30,900 nt of DNA, from assembly GCA_037138355.1 (NCBI GenBank), contig JBAXIL010000018.1:1-30900 (forward strand). The letters run 5' to 3'. Origin of the DNA: a bacterium. Lineage in GTDB: Bacteria > Oederibacteriota > PGYV01 > Palsa-1178. The translations under genes were made by a program, and so were the position numbers. The notes beneath the pieces are model-generated. The model had not been told where the DNA came from. It searched no databases and saw nothing but the letters and a program-made list of their open reading frames with translations. Positions 29,391 to 30,900 of the stretch are shown in pieces. Every line of letters begins with the position of its first letter. The stretch's first letter is position 1.

Positions 29391-29517
29391 AGTTGACCGC
29401 AGGTTCGGCCTTGCCTGAACTGTCAACTGCTCGACTGTTCATTCTGCTCAGCTGCTACGATTCGCCGAAGGCAAATCTTGGCTGCCGATTTAGACGCCAT
29501 CCGCCACTGGCTAACCA
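29391..29517. repeat. Structured intergenic repeat, copy 1 (candidate ncRNA or non-autonomous element)
   Basis: 29391-29462 matches 30771-30842 at 68/72; hairpins at 29391-29428, 29459-29477 and 29479-29517; GC-rich in AT-rich surroundings. Confidence 0.85.
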
Positions 29518-29665
29518 CATCCGAAGCACTGTTTACAGAGCAAATAATAACAAACTTATTTAATATTAACAATCGCGACAAAATTATACAGAAACAATAA
29601 TAGTTGCAAATCTTCATATCACAAAGGACAAAAAAAATAAATAAAATTACTTAAAGCCCAAAAGG

Positions 29666-30616
29666 TTAATTTGTCCTCGCAAAACGAAAACCTATGACGG
29701 AGTGGTTCGAGACCCCAGGAATGTAGCTACAATATCCGCGGTATCCAATCTGCAGAAGAATCGCGGCATAGTTAAAATCTCCCCCCCTCAGCACGCGGGA
29801 GGAACCACTTGCAAATCCTTTATAGTTTGTAGATGTCCCGGGATATGTTCCATAGATATCCCAGCACCACTCTTGCACATTTCCACACATATCATAAATC
29901 CCAAGTTTATTAGCGTTTTTACCTCCTACATTATGAGTAACATAACTTGCGTTTGGATCATACCAAGCAACAAGTCCTGTGGCAATGGCATCGTTATAGT
30001 TTGCTGTCGCTCCGCTAGCGTAGTTATATGCCGTCCAACTCGATCCATCTTCATAACTTGCAGCATACTGCCACTCGCCTTCTGTTGGCAATCTGTATCC
30101 AGTGTTTGACCAAATACAAACCGCATTATCACATGCTGTCGCATTAGCGTCTCTGGAATCCTTTATTACATCGCCTAAGTAAGTATAGCAAGATGCAAGT
30201 CCACTCTTTTCGCTATAAGCATTACACCATACTATCACATCACGCCAGTATACTTTTGTAACTGGCTGATACTTAGCTGCAGTTGGTGCCGCTCCTGATA
30301 CTGCAGCTCCTCCCTCCATACCCTCATTTGCAAAATTATATCCATTACCTAAAGCCCATGCTTTTACCGTGTACCACAAATCATATGTCACTTCGTATTT
30401 CCCTAACTTAAAAGCAGATATTGTATGCTGAAAACTATTCGCGGCTGTATCTGTCTGCGTAAATGTCCCACCAGGAACTGACACAATATCAGAATAAGGA
30501 AATGTTGGTTCTGCTGTGGCTGTAGCTACTGTTGTTGTGGCATTCGTAGCACAACTGGAAAATATCAACATAAAAAACAAACCAACAAGAACTATAACCA
30601 AACTATTTTTTTTCAT
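29666..30616 (-). CDS. FGE-sulfatase (SUMF1)/C-type lectin-fold lipoprotein; candidate DGR target protein
   Basis: FSSC lipobox, Thr/Ala linker, KYEVT, YRLPTEGEWQYAA, NKLGIYDMCGNVQEW, RVLRGG...IGFRFAR. Confidence 0.9.
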   Translation of the reverse strand: MKKNSLVIVLVGLFFMLIFSSCATNATTTVATATAEPTFPYSDIVSVPGGTFTQTDTAANSFQHTISAFKLGKYEVTYDLWYTVKAWALGNGYNFANEGMEGGAAVSGAAPTAAKYQPVTKVYWRDVIVWCNAYSEKSGLASCYTYLGDVIKDSRDANATACDNAVCIWSNTGYRLPTEGEWQYAASYEDGSSWTAYNYASGATANYNDAIATGLVAWYDPNASYVTHNVGGKNANKLGIYDMCGNVQEWCWDIYGTYPGTSTNYKGFASGSSRVLRGGDFNYAAILLQIGYRGYCSYIPGVSNHSVIGFRFARTN

Positions 30617-30770
30617 TTCGTTCTCCTTTTATTTGATAATTATAATTTGAAATATAAAACTAAAATATGCTTTTACCTGTTTTGAATTACAAATATATTT
30701 TACCATCAAAAAAACCAAAAGCAATAAGGAATAATTAGTTAAAAAGATGAAGGGGTTGGAGTTATTGAAC

Positions 30771-30897
30771 AGTTGATCGCAGGTTCGGCGTTGCCTGAAC
30801 TGTCAACTGCTCGACTGTTCATTCTGCTCACCTGCTCCGATTTTCGGCATAGTTGAAAATCTCCGAGACACTTTCCCCTTGGGGCGATTTGTCTCGG
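30771..30897. repeat. Structured intergenic repeat, copy 2 (may extend beyond the window)
   Basis: Direct repeat of copy 1 at offset 1380; hairpins at 30771-30808, 30839-30861 and 30863-30897. Confidence 0.85.
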
Positions 30898-30900
30898 TAG

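Noticed and set aside
29391..29517. Repeat as a THF, ZTP, glycine or cobalamin riboswitch for folD
   Set aside because: Lies ~300 nt from folD, lacks the consensus cores, and the GCCGAAGG resemblance is absent from copy 2
29423..29617. 64-aa minus-strand ORF ending EQNEQSSS; the same ending is readable in copy 2
   Set aside because: The shared peptide simply follows from the DNA repeat; there is no SD or family signal, and divergence preserves base pairing rather than protein sequence
962..30144. Many plus-strand ORFs in the track antisense to housekeeping genes (e.g. 1509-1886, 3109-3510, 9218-9679, 22850-23266, 29702-30109) and the nested 29926-30144 ORF
   Set aside because: Shadow ORFs overlapping well-supported genes, without recognisable motifs
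29666..30616. Annotation as a true formylglycine-generating enzyme
   Set aside because: The paired catalytic Cys motif after RGG is not evident, the protein is a lipoprotein, and no sulfatase is nearby
29391..30897. Repeats as a CRISPR array or integron attC sites
   Set aside because: Only two 72-nt copies 1380 nt apart; no cas or integrase gene; no RYYYAAC...GTTRRRY ends

Overview
AT-rich bacterial chromosomal window, probably from a diderm lineage (it carries a GT9 heptosyltransferase-like gene); the taxon cannot be fixed from sequence alone. All but one of the ~35 credible genes lie on the minus strand. Most are housekeeping: gap-pgk-tpiA-secG-peptide ABC binding protein; ftsH-folE-folP-cdaA-cdaR-pdxJ; PfkB kinase, two PLP aminotransferases, DUF2225, GT4 and a thioredoxin-like lipoprotein; recO with two NlpC/P60 genes; TPM-nucleotidyltransferase-LemA; HU, DUF4912, GH57; folD-coaD. 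The most unusual region is the right end (29.4-30.9 kb). There an FGE/C-type-lectin-fold lipoprotein, whose GC-rich C-terminus resembles a diversity-generating-retroelement (DGR) variable region, is flanked by two direct copies of an unannotated ~127-nt structured element. The copies share a 72-nt core (68/72 identical) and two further hairpins conserved in structure but not sequence. One variable hairpin matches the gene's putative variable region at 19 of 20 nt. No reverse transcriptase, template repeat, transposase, CRISPR array, tRNA or rRNA is visible. Minor signals include a solitary GTAG REP-like palindrome, a likely leaderless operon, operator-like palindromes and recurrent 16-bp-spacer promoters.
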